Below are positions 29,992 through 42,863 of a stretch of DNA of 64,000 nt, piece after piece (within the stretch, counting starts at the first letter, position 1; every line of letters begins with the position of its first letter). This DNA is from Octopus vulgaris. Taxonomy: Eukaryota. The notes beneath the pieces were generated by a model, which did no database searches, had not been told where the DNA came from, and saw nothing but the letters and a program-made list of their open reading frames with translations. The DNA lies in assembly GCA_951406725.2 (NCBI GenBank), contig OX597815.1, positions 11,470,001 to 11,534,000 of the forward strand. Reading direction: 5' to 3'. The position numbers and the translations under genes were made by a program.

Positions 29992-31068
29992 CATTTGTAG
30001 ATAACTTCAATAAATATATGCAAAATATATCAAAAGATTCAAAACAACTTGGCTACGGCAGTCTTAAAAGCAAGTTGTGTTTTGAGCAGAACAAAATACA
30101 AAAACCACTTCTAAACGAATGGGAAACGAACAGAAAATTTAAGCCCCCAAGAATTTTAACACTACCCGAAATTGCCACAATAATAGTGGTATTAGACACT
30201 TCAGCCTTAGGCGAAAGCGAAGTGCCCAGGTTTTAACATTAATTGTAAATGATTTTCAATATCGAACAGCGGAGTACATTTGTAAACAACTAGCTTCCCT
30301 GGTAGGAATTAAGTGAATAGGGAACTACTGCATCGAAGTAAAAAGAAACGTGAAGATAATTCACTCTGTCTTTATACAATTATACGTGTAATTAGTGGGG
30401 TAACACCTGCCTCACTGCCAATTTCTAGAATCTGAGCTTTATAAAATTCGAAAGGAAACGATGAATCCAGAAATGTCAAGGCTTTAATGGAACTGTCAGT
30501 ACAAAATATATAAAACATTCCAGAATTTAGTAAGTAATGGATAAGTATTGACTTGTGCCGTCATATGGGAGGGAGATTTGGAAATAGGGAAGTGGCGCAA
30601 TTTCATTTTCATATACCTGGCTAATTCCTCGGCGGCCACAAAGAAAAATCTTCCATGTATTTGTAGTTTCAAAAAGCTAGTTTCTCGACTTTAGTTTTTG
30701 TAGTGGCAATCAACTATACGATAAGAAGACAACTCCCGGAGTGTTTAAAGCCTTTAATCTAACAACAAGCATCAAAAAAGTAAGACTAGCTTTCTCAGAA
30801 ATTATTTAGATACATATCTAATTGCACAAGAGCATGCTCATTAAAAAGTGAAAAGCACTGTTGTATTGCTGCTGTTTCTCATGAATGCATTCGCATTTTT
30901 GCTTTTTGACAAGTTTTGTTTTCCTCCAACATGGGTCCAATGAAAACTAGTCGAGTTTGTCGGTTTAGTTCCTGACAGCTCAACTACTTACGTCTGGAAC
31001 AAGTTTAGTTGTTACCTAGCAGCATATTTATGGTTACCAGGCATACATACGTATATTGATACATATAC

Positions 31069-31261
31069 GCCATGATAGATCGTTAGCCACTACACACATT
31101 TTTTCTCTCCTTGTCTTTTTCTGTGTCCCTTTCTGCAGAAGAGCGTAGGCTCGAAACATAAAATACTTTTTCTATTACTGAGCGTTATACTAATACATCT
31201 GTTTGTTTTGTACACCACCTGCCTTCGTCCTTTTGTTTTTTGTTCGTAAACTCTCCCTATA
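31069..31261 (+). mobile_element. H1 pLTR-like element with minimal HHR-like motif
   Basis: ttt CTGCAGA a gagc-gtag-gctc GAAA c ATA aaa at 31130-31163; flanked by an imperfect duplication tatattgatacata / tatactgatacata. Confidence 0.72.
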
Positions 31262-31339
31262 CTGATACATACTTGTTTACATCATACATACATGCATATA
31301 TACACACGCTTTAATTCATACTCAAAAACATGTAAAAAC

Positions 31340-31580
31340 ACATGTCTATCAATAGACATAGATTAACACAGACGACAAAAAAGAGTTTTAAAATTATCCT
31401 CTCTGCACCTATAGGATCTGAAGATCAGATAAGTCACCAAAAAGTACACATGCTAGGAGCAATAAGCAAATCTTCTCAAACACACAAAGAAAGATTAAAT
31501 CGGCAAGTGGTAACATGTAACACAATATAACCGGCTGCATGGGCAGGTCATCGGTAATTTAATCGACTACCCTGATACTA
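31340..31580 (+). mobile_element. I/Nimb-like LINE 3' end fragment
   Basis: Homologous to 36010-36245; frameshifted PLCT.GSEDQISH zinc-knuckle remnant. Confidence 0.55.
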
Positions 31581-32815
31581 TAAATTGTGTCCAAATGTGA
31601 ACACTTCTTAGAGACCATATTTCATTTCTCAAAGAGCAGGGGCACCAGTGAATGTTGCCCTGCAGACGATGGGTGTTGTGGCTGCTCTTGTGTGTCGTTA
31701 CGAGTGTAGATACACAGACATCGCAGTATTTCATGAAAGCTCCATTTTCTGATCTATGAAGTTCTTGCAAATGAAATTGAGGAGAGTGAATATAGCTTGT
31801 ACAAAATTCTACTAATTCCTCAGAGACGAGAAATTTTGCACATGGTGGTACAGTAGTTGATGTTACGAAAACATACTCAACGATCTGCTAGGTTTCTAAT
31901 AGTTCTTTTCATCAAGAAAACCCGATTGGTTTGCCTGCTTCGTCATGGATAATACACTTTTAGTACATGTTACAAGTAGCAATCGAATGGCTTGACTAAA
32001 TATGAATACTACATTAGCGCGAGTTTCTACATTGTAGAGGGGCGAAATGAATTATTTATAAACCTAACTTTTACACGATTCGAACGTTTAAGCTACGTTT
32101 TGTAACAAAAGATTTCAGGTAGCAAATGGAATTTAAAGAAAAAAGAAACCTATTCAATTCTACTAAGCAGCAGAAAAAATAGTTGATATGTCATGCGAAT
32201 GATACTCAATACTGTGCGGAAGTGTGCGTACGTGTATGAGTGGGTGCTTGGGTGCGTGTGAGTGTGTTAGTGTGCACGTGTGTATATATACACACATGCA
32301 TATATGTACGTGTGGGCATGTATATATACATATGAATGAATATACATTTATACATAATTCTATATATTTTACATATATATATACATATGTGTATAATCTA
32401 TAATTCTATATCTTTTACATATAGAAGCATATGCATATATATATACAGATAATGTGTACATGAATATATGTGTAAGTGAATGCATCAACACACACATGCA
32501 TAAAGCATCTATATATCAACTTCTTTATCTATACACATTCATTCATATAGATATGCAATACGAAAGCATTAAAAAATATTAGATTTAAATTCATACAGTC
32601 GTATCACGTAGGCATTCTAGCGGATATATATAACAATACTTTCATCTACCGAAAATTATCCAACGCACACACATACAGAAGGCAGATATATATGTGCAGT
32701 TATATATTTATATATACCTATACTTATATATCGATATCATCTCTCTCTCTCTCACTTCCTTTCTCCCTCTCTCACATTCTCTCTATCTTTCTGTATTTAT
32801 ACATATATCTATACC

Positions 32816-32867
<52 letters not shown>

Positions 32868-33499
32868 CGTACAAAGATTACACACTAATGTATTATATCC
32901 ATATATACTCGTACATATTCCTTAAGCATTTTCATTTTTTCTCCTTTTTCGGCATATGGACATAAAATTTAGCGATAGATATTGTTTATATATATTATTT
33001 TACTAATTTTTGCTAAATTATCCTGACTTACATCTGAAAAAAAATTCTCCTATTATTCCAATTGTTAACGTACGTGCCTCATCTACTCGATAATTTTAAT
33101 TAAATTGTAAATAATATTTTGCTTTTGAATATTTTTTTTCGTATTCAATTTTCACCAGATCTGTTTCATGAAATGGAATTTCTGTATGGAATTTTCATTG
33201 AGTTGATTTCTTTTCAAAGTAAAATTTCAGAAAATTAATCAGCAACGTGAAGCACCTAGTTGCATAAACATAAGATAATACCTCATAGATACACATACAC
33301 AATAGCACATACACATTAATTATGTCTTCTTGTCTGTAGCTGGAGAACTATAAGAGGAGGATAAAATTCTGTACACACACACAGACGCAGAGACACACGC
33401 CCATACACATACAGTTTCCAAGAATGACACATGCAGAGTACATTTATCATTGCCCTCACAAAGTCTGCTATATAAATGTTCTTTATTCCTATGTTTGAT

Positions 33500-34665
33500 A
33501 TTTAATGGGGCCACCTCCAATAACACGCAAATAGTGAGCGGTGTTCCGCGAGGCACTGTTTTGGGACCACTGCTGTTCATAATGGCACTGTTTTGGGACT
33601 ACTGCTGTTCATAATGGCCCTCTCAGACATGCCCTCAGTCACGCAGAGAGCCATGATCACAAGTTATGCAGATGATACGAAAGTTTCACAGGTACTACAG
33701 AACCCTGATGACAATATGTACCTGTAACGTGAGCTGGATGAAATATAAAAGTGGGCTGAAAAGAATAGCATGCAGTTCAATGCTGAAAAATTTCAAGCTT
33801 TATGCTATCAACATGCAAAACTAAATGCAATACCCAATAAATACACTGGACCTGGTGGGATTGCAATCCCAGAGGCACAATCAGTGCGAGACCTGGGTAT
33901 TTACATGAGTAATGATGCAACCTTTCACGTGCATGTTGCTAAATTTGCATTGAAATGTAAGCGGCTGACCGGATGGATTCTTAGATCTTTTAGAACAAGA
34001 GACCAGCAAACCATGATGGTCCTCTGGAGGACACTTGTCCTAAGCCACTTTGACTATTGCTCTCAGCTATGGTCACCAACCAATGTCAAATTAATCACAG
34101 AACAAGAGGCAATCCAACGAAAATACACGAAAAAGATAGCCTCTATGCAGCATATAAGATATTGGGAAAGACTCAAGAGATTAAGATTCTATTCCTTAGA
34201 GCGTAGGCGAGAAAGATATACCATAATATACATCTGGAAGATCCTGGAAGAACTTGTCCCAACCTTTAGCATCGAGAGTTACACAAATACTAGAATCGGG
34301 CACCACTGCATGGTGCCAAGGACTCCAAATTTGCCATCATGATGTAGGACAAAATACTGCGATAGCCTGGGCTTTAGAGATCCACAGCTCTTCAATGTCT
34401 TCCCGAAGGACATGAGAGACCTGCATGGGGTGGATGCAGATGTCTTTAAAATAAAACTGGACCTCTTTCTGTCAGGTGTCCCGGATGAACCAACTTCACG
34501 GCAGGAGGTACTGATGAGGGCAGCTGCATCAAACTCTCTCATGCACCAAATGGCAATTGCTAAAAAGCATTCGTGAAGTAAAATCATGTAGCAACACCGA
34601 ATGGCAGTGCCCCAGCATGGCCACAGCTCGTGAGCTGAAACTAGATGAAAATGAAAATGAAATGA
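33500..34665 (+). mobile_element. 5'-truncated CR1-group LINE (RT pseudogene) with intact 3' tail
   Basis: VSGVPRGTVLGPLLFIM, YADDTK (33664), ORF 33770-34342 (RDLGIYMS, DYCSQLWSP, YSLERRRERY), FKIKLDLFLSGVPDEP; tail ggcagtgccccagcatggccacagctcgtgagctgaaactaga then (tgaaaa)n; 32 bp tandem duplication near 33552-33617. Confidence 0.92.
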
Positions 34666-35202
34666 TTGGTTGTCTACAAACTATCTACCCATAGGTTTCG
34701 GACACAGTACAAGGGTAAGTCACATGTTGTTCTCTTTTTGCGGAAATATATCTAGAACATATAGATGATGGGAAAAAATACTTGTATAAAATATATGCAG
34801 AACTTGTGACCATTAAGCGAACCAGAGTTTCACTATGTCAGAAAACAATAGCATAAACACTTTTTCAGTTACAGAATAAAGACGCATCCAAGCTGTAAGC
34901 AGCAGAGCGATGCACAGCAATTCTCCAAATTTTGTCAATAAAACCGAATTAGGGTGTACAACGCAAGCGTAAAAGGTATAAAATTATCATAAGCAAAAGT
35001 GTGAATGGAAAACAATAGAAGTGGTAATGAAAACCATCTTTGCAGTACAACAACACGCTCCAGTCGTAATGTGTCTTGTTAATATATTGAGGGGTCTCCC
35101 TGTTCAGGATTTCAAGTGAACATAACTCGAAACAATTTAATTTAACCCAATGATTAAGCAGAACCTCTGAATCATTTGTAAGTCAATATTTTGAAGAGAA
35201 AG

Positions 35203-35802
35203 AGGGCGGCGAGCTGGCAGAAACGTTAGCACGCCGGGCGAAATGCGTAGCCGTATTTCGTTTGCTGTTACGTTCTGAGTTCAAATTCCGCCGAGGTCGA
35301 CTTTGCCTTTCATCCTTTCGGGGTCGATAAATTAAGTACCAGTTACGCACTGGGGTCGATATGGTCGACTTAATCCGTTTGTCTGTCCTTGTTTGTCCTC
35401 TCTGTGTTTAGCCCCCTTGTGGGTAGTAAAGAAATAGATATTTCGTTTGTCGCTACCTTCTGTGTTCAAATTCCGTCGAGGTCGACTTTGACTTTCATCC
35501 TTTCAGGGTCGATTAAATAAGTACCAGTTACGCACTGGAGTCGATATAATCGACTTAATACGTTTGTCTGTCCTTGTTTGTGCCTTCTGTGTTTAGCCCT
35601 TTGTGTGTAGTAAAGAAATAGGTATTTCGTTAGCCGTTACGTCCTGAGGTCAAATTCCGCCGAGGTCGACTTTGCCTTTCATTCTTTTGGGGTCGATAAG
35701 TAAATATCAGTTACGCACTGGGGTCGACGTAATCGGCTTAATCCATTTCTCTGTCCTTGTATGTCCCCTCTATGTTTAGCCTTCTGTAGGCAATAAAGAT
35801 AT
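35203..35802 (+). mobile_element. SINE family B head-to-tail trimer
   Basis: One head followed by three ~195 bp units, each with B box, Nin block and tail; imperfect flanking duplication aatattttga. Confidence 0.9.
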
Positions 35803-35804
35803 AA

Positions 35805-36245
35805 ATATTTTGAGGAAAACATTTGCAGGGATAGCAACTGCAGAGTTTGAAAATCCGATCCACAGATACACTGCTAAACTATGGATGTGTTATTGTAAAC
35901 TCATCAGGTACACGAAGTAGCCTAGAGGGCACTACTACAACAGTCTATAGCAGGGAAGGAAGCCTCGATACATCAGCTTTAATAAAAGGAAAAGCAGTCA
36001 GCATCTATGTTCTATCAATAGATATAGATAAACACAGACGAAAAAAAGAGTTTTAAAATTATCCTCTCTGCACCTAATGGATCTGAAGATCAAATAAATC
36101 ACCAAAGCTGTGCACATGCTAGGAGCAATATGCAAATATTCCCAAACACACAAAGAGACATTAAATCGGCAATTGGTAACATGTAACACAATATAACAAG
36201 CTGCATGAGCAGGTTATCGGTAATTTAATCGACTATTCTGATATT
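35805..36245 (+). mobile_element. I/Nimb-like LINE 3' fragment
   Basis: KAVSIYVL (resembles the xxxIFRLRTGH motif) followed by a PLCT.GSEDQ knuckle remnant; second copy at 31340. Confidence 0.5.
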
Positions 36246-36739
36246 ATTATTTATTGATATTTTTTTCTGGAGAACTGTTCGAAGAAATGTTGGCATTTTG
36301 TTCTGTTGACGACAAAAAACTGCGCTTGCGCAGTGGATTTGAAAGATTATAATGTATAAGCAAGAGGCACATGTTTGATTAGCCACGTACTTATATGTTT
36401 GATCTAGGCGTACCTTTTGATGAAGACTTCGCCTAGAAAATTATTTTATTTGCAAACAAAAATCCAGAAACCATGGTCCAGGAAGTAGATGGTAAATGTT
36501 TTTACTTTTCATTCCCTTTGAGTTTTTATCCCTAATAGTGGTTCGGACTTTAGCTGTTCCTTCTAGCGTGAAAAGAATCCTATAAAGGATACCTCTTATG
36601 TATTTAAGTGCACTGTATTCATAAGAAAAATATATAGTCTATTGACTAATTTTTCTAGACGCTAGGCCACAGATAGTAAACAGTTCTAAATTTCTAAATT
36701 ATTTATTACGCTGATATTATATATATATATATGTGTATG

Positions 36740-36788
<49 letters not shown>

Positions 36789-37286
36789 TGCTTAAACATA
36801 TACATCACTCTTACACACATTCAATCTACTCGCCACTAATACTACCACGACACTGGACACACACACACACTACTACTCAACACACGCTGGCACGCTACAT
36901 ACGCCCCCACCCCTTCCCTCCCTCCCTTCCTCCTTCCTCCCTTTTCTCACTACTGACCTTTGTCTGCTATGCTGCTGCTATGCTGACCACCGTCTCGCCC
37001 TACCTCACACGCCTACACACAGACGCACACACTAACACATACATATATTTTTTGTTTTTTACCTCGCCTCACACACACACATACACACACGCACACACTC
37101 ACACATACACACACATCTGTTGCGTTACCAACCTTGTCTCCACTCTTTTGCCTTTAAAAACCCACTTTGCTCTTGTTATCGTAAACATCCGCCTTTCACC
37201 ATGTGCTACTCCTAACACCAGCCGTTTTTTTCTCTATCTCCGTTGCCCGCTCCGGGATCTTTCTTTCCTCTCTCTTCCTTCTTTAT

Positions 37287-37321
37287 GTTTCCGACGAAGA
37301 GCTCCGCTCGAAACGTCATAC
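37287..37321 (+). ncRNA. Minimal HHR-like motif (CCGACGA core variant) in a pLTR-like element spanning about 36780-37410
   Basis: gttt CCGACGA a gagc-tcc-gctc GAAA c GTC atac; downstream ttcctgagcg shared with family H1; flanked by (TA)n on both sides. Confidence 0.6.
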
Positions 37322-37407
37322 CTCCCTGCTTCCATTTCCTGAGCGCCTATTAATAATAATACTGTAATTGTTCCATTGTTGTTGTTTTTTTGTTTCCCGT
37401 TTGGATT

Positions 37408-37438
<31 letters not shown>

Positions 37439-37458
37439 ATTATATATATATATGTATG

Positions 37459-37529
<71 letters not shown>

Positions 37530-37648
37530 TTGAGTAGTTGAATTAATTATCTTATTAAGGATAATTCAAATTAACCGATACCTGGGTAGCAAATTCACAT
37601 CAGAAAAAACACGGTTGAAGTTACGTGCCTAGGGCATAGATTACGTGC

Positions 37649-37731
37649 TTTTCCTGATGTGAAAGCGGCATAATGTACCCCTTATTCCTTCGCAATTAGG
37701 AATATGCTGCCTTCGAAACGTATGTCGAAAA
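37649..37731 (+). ncRNA. Type I hammerhead ribozyme with A9U core variant (family H3)
   Basis: ttttc CTGATGT gaaagcggcata...tatgctgccttc GAAA cgtatg TC^ gaaaa; inverted partial copy at 37584-37603; element 37530-37790 lies within (TA)n. Confidence 0.78.
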
Positions 37732-37791
37732 TAAAGGAATTTTGTTAATTTGTCGGTCAGCTCCATTCTTTCATATATTTATATTTTTAAA

Positions 37792-37858
<67 letters not shown>

Positions 37859-38785
37859 CCTCCGTTTGTCCATTCTGACATCTAATGTGCAAGATATTAT
37901 TTCCCTCTTCAGGCAATGTCTGTTTCATGGTGTGTGCGATGTTACATAAATTTGATCACTATAAACAAATCAGCTGGGCATGCTATCGAGCAAATTTTAG
38001 CGGAATCCACTTCTGCTGTCTACTAAGTAAGTAAGTAAGCAAGCAAGTAAGTAAGTAAGTAAATATGTATATATGTATGCATGTACGTACGTACGTATGT
38101 ATGTATGTATGTATGTATGTATGTATGTATGTATGTATGCATGTAAGTGTGATTTTCCTTTGAGTTTCATTTTTGTTCGCCTTGAAAGACTTCAACCCGG
38201 TCGTTAACAAAGCCACAACATTTTTTGAATGAAGAGAAATTCCTGTTGTTTGTACATAAGTAATTAATTTCGTGCGTTCGTTGAACTGCCGATGTTCACA
38301 CCGAAGTGTGCATTTATTCTCGCATGGAGAATTTTTGCATGTCTTACAAATCTTTACAGTGACACTAATAGATTGGATTTCCAGAATCCGCGTCAGGTTT
38401 TTTTTTTTCTTTGCTCCTTTTCCTCGAAACCAAGTATTTAATATGATTTTTTGCAAATGTCTTGGTACTTAACCCAATGCACCTATGATGATAGGTACAA
38501 ATATGGATTTATAGTCAGTGTACAACAGCTGCAATTTACGCTACAAATTTCTGCGTATAGTATTGTAAATATTCTTTGCAACTATATTATGCCCCAGGGT
38601 TAGGTAGTAACTCATGCAGATTTTTGGAGGTAGTTGCTGCTGATGTGCATGATGTTTTTCACACTTATATGGTAGAGCCGAAACTTTTTTATCACAACGT
38701 GTAGGTTTGGTGGTATCTTTGTTCCTCCTTGTTTATCTGATATGCAGTAACTATCTACTGTTCCTAGATAGCGAAGGCATATCCT

Positions 38786-38978
38786 TATAGGGAAAGTTTA
38801 CGGAAAAAAAAACAAAAGACGAAGACAGGTGGTGTACAAAACAAACCGATGTATTAGTATAACGCTCAGGAATAGAAAAAGTCTTTTACGTTTCGAGCCT
38901 ACGCTCTTCTACAGAAATGTACACAGAAAAAACAAGGAAAGAAAAATGTGTGTAGTGGCTAACGATCTATCATGGCAT
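38786..38978 (-). mobile_element. H1 pLTR-like element with minimal HHR-like motif and 16 bp flanking duplication
   Basis: Minus strand ttt CTGTAGA a gagc-gtag-gctc GAAA c GTA aaa (38881-38917); ggcatatccttatagg at 38776-38791 and 38974-38989. Confidence 0.8.
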
Positions 38979-39656
38979 ATCCTTATAGGTTGGATCTAAT
39001 GTGTCTATTGTCGGTCCAATGTAGGGTACACTTCCTGTCAATGCCCTTGTTGTTTGTGTGTGTGTGTGTTTGTATGTTTGTGTATGTATGTGTATGATAA
39101 AACATCTAGTTTTATGTCAGGTATTTATCTAATGCTGTAAGAACACCGACATCCAAATCAGAGTTTATGGATATTGATGTCAAAATTAGTGTGTGATAAA
39201 TGGTAAAAAAAAAAAAGGAAAACATTAATGAAAGCATGATAGCAGCAAAATTCGAGTCAATGAAAACCGTAAGAATATTTATATTCAGTTCCACACGCGA
39301 ATAAATAGATTTGTAAATCTTCTAATAATTTGGCGGTAAGACATACGATAGAAAAGGAGTGAAAGTAGGATAAGAACAACAAAAGAAAAAAAAAGGAAAA
39401 CTCATAAGGAAGTCGTGCGAATCTTAGATCATTACCATTACCATTTTGAAAATGATAAAAAAGAGACAAAAAGGAAAAGTCTTCATACAAAGCAGATCGT
39501 TACAGGATTGAAGTGAGAGTATCAGGTTTCTAGTGTGTACGTGTGTGTTTTTACGTCTTCCTTTATTTTATTTTTCACTGTCAGATTTCACTTGTGTACA
39601 TATATGTGTTTGTTACATCTTCCTGCGAGCCTGCTGTGTGCTGCGGTTTTCTATAA

Positions 39657-39659
39657 GTG

Positions 39660-39691
<32 letters not shown>

Positions 39692-39885
39692 TGTATGTAT
39701 GTATGTATGTATGTATGTATGTATGTATGTATGTATGTATGTATGTATGCATGTATGTATGTATGTATGTATGTATGAATGTGTGTATGTGTGTATGTCT
39801 GTATGTATGTATGTATGTATGTGTGTATGTATGTATGTGTGTATGTGTGTATGTGTGTATGTGTGTATGTGTGTATGTATGTATG

Positions 39886-39918
<33 letters not shown>

Positions 39919-40182
39919 GTGTATGTATGTGTGTATGTATGTATGTGTGTATGTGTGTATGTGTGTATGTGTGTATGTATGTATGTGTGTATGTATGTAT
40001 GTATGTGTGTACGTATGTATGTATGTATGTATGTATGTGTGTATGTGTGTATGCATGTATGTATGTATGAATGTATGTATGAGTGTATGTGTGTATGTAT
40101 GTATGTATGTATGTATGTATGTATGTATGTATGTATGAATGTATGTATGAGTGTATGTGTGTATGTGTGTGTGTGTGTGTGT
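39657..40182. repeat. (TATG)n/(TATGTG)n microsatellite
   Basis: Direct inspection. Confidence 0.97.
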
Positions 40183-40906
40183 GGACTGGGTTTGTATTTA
40201 GAAGTTAAATATATCTATGGATTTTTGTATCTATGGTAGTGTTTCTTACGTGTGTATGTTTTTGTTTTTGCATGCTGTTGCTGGATCTGAACATTGGGCT
40301 TTTTTTGTACAGTTGTGTTGCATAGCGATGTGTAACGTGTATTGTGTGTACATTAGCTTGTGGTGCATCTGCGTGTATTCTTAACATTCATATCTGTGCG
40401 TGTTTATTTTGCAGTTGGTTGTGTGTATGCTTTTGTTTTAATGTTTAAAGCGCACACGCGCACGCACGCACGCGCGCGTGTGCATGTCTGAAAGAAATGT
40501 GCAGAGGTATGCGATTGTTGAATGAATGTGAAGCCCTTCGTATTTCATGCGAGTTTCTGAATTATCGTACTGTCGTTCAAATGCGCTGTTTTAGTTGTGT
40601 GCTGATATGAGCTGTTTGAGTTCGTTGTTTGTGTATGCGCGTTTGGCTTTCGTGGTTGCATGTACATATATTGACTGTGTGCAGTGATAATGCATGGAAA
40701 CTCGTGTCTACCTGCTTATAGGGCTTTTATATGTATGTGAATAAGGGAGATTGTAGGAGGCGTGTGTGCATGTCTTGCATGTTGTTTGCTGTTAGCTACA
40801 TTTAAAAAAATTTTTAGTGTGTTTGCTTGTTTATAGTGTGTACGTAATATGAAAATTGGGTGCGTGTTCGGTTCTTTGTCCTGCTCGCTTCGAAATTTAT
40901 CTATTA

Positions 40907-42140
40907 CACTGGGCAACAAAGATTTTCCTATTGAAGTAAAAACATGTTTTAGACTAAATGAAGGATGCCGATTCCGAATCCGCACTCAGAATTGTTCTAG
41001 CATGTCAGAAACTTGAGTTATGCGCATGCGCAATATTATAAATATATTTTCGGCAAGATATATGCCGTATTATAAAATTTACTAAAATGAAAGCGGTCTT
41101 AATTCAAAATTTTAAATAAAACAAGCGATGGGAAAGTTTTTTTTATTTAGTTCAGCAATAGATGGCGCTGATGTACTCTGTGAAATGCCAAATATGTCAG
41201 ATTGTTCTTGGTAACTCTCAGTGTTGTATACGCTGCCGTCACCTGCGGTATGGCTCTGCGTGATTGCTGTTTTACCTGTATTCATTATGTTAGATAATGA
41301 ATAGGAGAGACTGTCTTTTTATTATGTCTGTAGAAAAGTTGCTCCAACTTTTAAAAAAATCCTATAAATATAATTTCGGGTGTAAATTTGGGGATCAAGA
41401 CAAGAAGCGGTCAGATCATAAATGCTGCACTGTGAGTTACTCGGGGCTTACACAGTGGCTGAATAGAAAACGGAAGGGAACGTCTTTTGCTGCACCAATA
41501 GTGTGGCGTGAGCCAGCCATTCGTGTCCCTGATTGTTACTTTTGCATGACTAATATTATTGGTATCTCAAATACCAAAGCAAAAGATGTGTATGCAGATT
41601 GTAAGTCGACTCTAAAACCGGCCCCACATGACTTCGAAAACCCTGCACCAGTTCCCCTCTCACATGCTTCACTTGAACATCTTGACACGTCGCACGATGA
41701 ACCCTTGATTTCCCTATCGACGAAGAATACGCAGTTGATTCTAAGAAAAATGAGCCAGGTTTGTTTAATCAGGAAGATTTGAGCAATATAGTAAGATACC
41801 TAGCATTGTCAAAAGAGAGGACAGAGGTTTGAGATCCAAACTAAAACAACAGAATATCCTACAGCAAGGTACGTAAATTTCCATTTTATCTGTTTTTTTC
41901 ATGCAAGAAAATAATGCTTGCTTCGGTACTGAAGTTAATGCACTCAGGCAAAACTAGAACACTTGCTTGTGGCTAACGAATGGAACTTGTTTATAGACTC
42001 GTGTATGGTTAGCCTCAAAGCTGTGTTGTCAAATAATGGGTGGGAGTACTTAAGATTTTCGGTAGGTGAAGCTTGCTCTACAGTTGAGTATATGCGTCAG
42101 TAATGGCATCAAATTTTGAGGTGGGATCTCGAAGTCATAG
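40907..42140 (+). mobile_element. Degraded Chapaev3-type (EnSpm/CACTA-related) DNA transposon, 5' part
   Basis: Begins tta|CACTG; ORF 41297-41782 FGCKFGDQDK..HKCC...PIVWREP....DCYFCMTN; downstream WNLFIDSCMVSLKAVLSNNG relic. Confidence 0.75.
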
Positions 42141-42314
42141 TCGATGTCAGCATCGAATTAACCCCCTTAGTAAAATAGCCGATACCTTAAATAACTTTCT
42201 CTAACAATATGTCAGTAATACCATATAAAGTTCGGTACATATAAACATAGAAGATATGAAAATATTCGGCGAACTCAGAATAACCTTCTATACATAAATA
42301 CAAATTCTATATAT

Positions 42315-42510
42315 ATATTGTTATATTTCGGAATGGTCACATAGCCAATAAAAACACACGTACTATATATTTGGTGTTATTTTTGGCCGAAATAAGATTA
42401 AGATTAATGTAAAAAATAAATAACACTGAAGCAAAGTAATACCAAATATATATTGCGTGTGTTTTTATTGGCTATACTGGCAAAATGACCATTCCGAAAT
42501 ATAACAATAT
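42315..42510. repeat. Imperfect ~65 bp inverted repeat next to (TA)n
   Basis: tattgttatatttcggaatggtca..atagccaataaaaacacacg (42315-42380) is inverted at 42436-42510. Confidence 0.8.
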
Positions 42511-42563
42511 CTGTTTCAACACACGACTTCACATAAAAAATCTTGCACCACAAATATATAAAC

Positions 42564-42626
<63 letters not shown>

Positions 42627-42772
42627 AAAAGCAATAAAGATTCAAGTTAATTTAAATGAATTTACTTGAATATGGTACCTAACTTAGATGCACCAAAAAA
42701 ACTATACTGATTTAACAATACAGTAATGTGGGGTGATTATAAGCGAGAATGAAGCAACAAGAATGGATAGGT

Positions 42773-42863
42773 TTTTAGTACAATCGTTTCATACAAGGAC
42801 AGGTTTTATTAAAAGTTGCAAAAATTACAGCATATAAACGTGTCCCGTACTCATCAGCTAAAA
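42773..42863 (-). ncRNA. Type I hammerhead ribozyme (H4, inverted copy)
   Basis: Reverse complement of 43912-44002. Confidence 0.85.

Noticed and set aside
35203-35802. Regular repeats suggestive of a CRISPR array
   Set aside because: Units are ~195 bp SINE bodies with no unique spacers, in a eukaryotic context
35895-35915. Minus-strand ctgatga as an HHR core
   Set aside because: No matching GAAA, stem III or stem I; lies in a LINE relic
36731-37342. 203 aa ORF
   Set aside because: Low-complexity CA/CT-rich pLTR-like sequence starting inside a microsatellite; no protein motif
39533-40239. Overlapping MYVC-repeat ORFs up to 234 aa
   Set aside because: (TATG)n microsatellite has no stop codons
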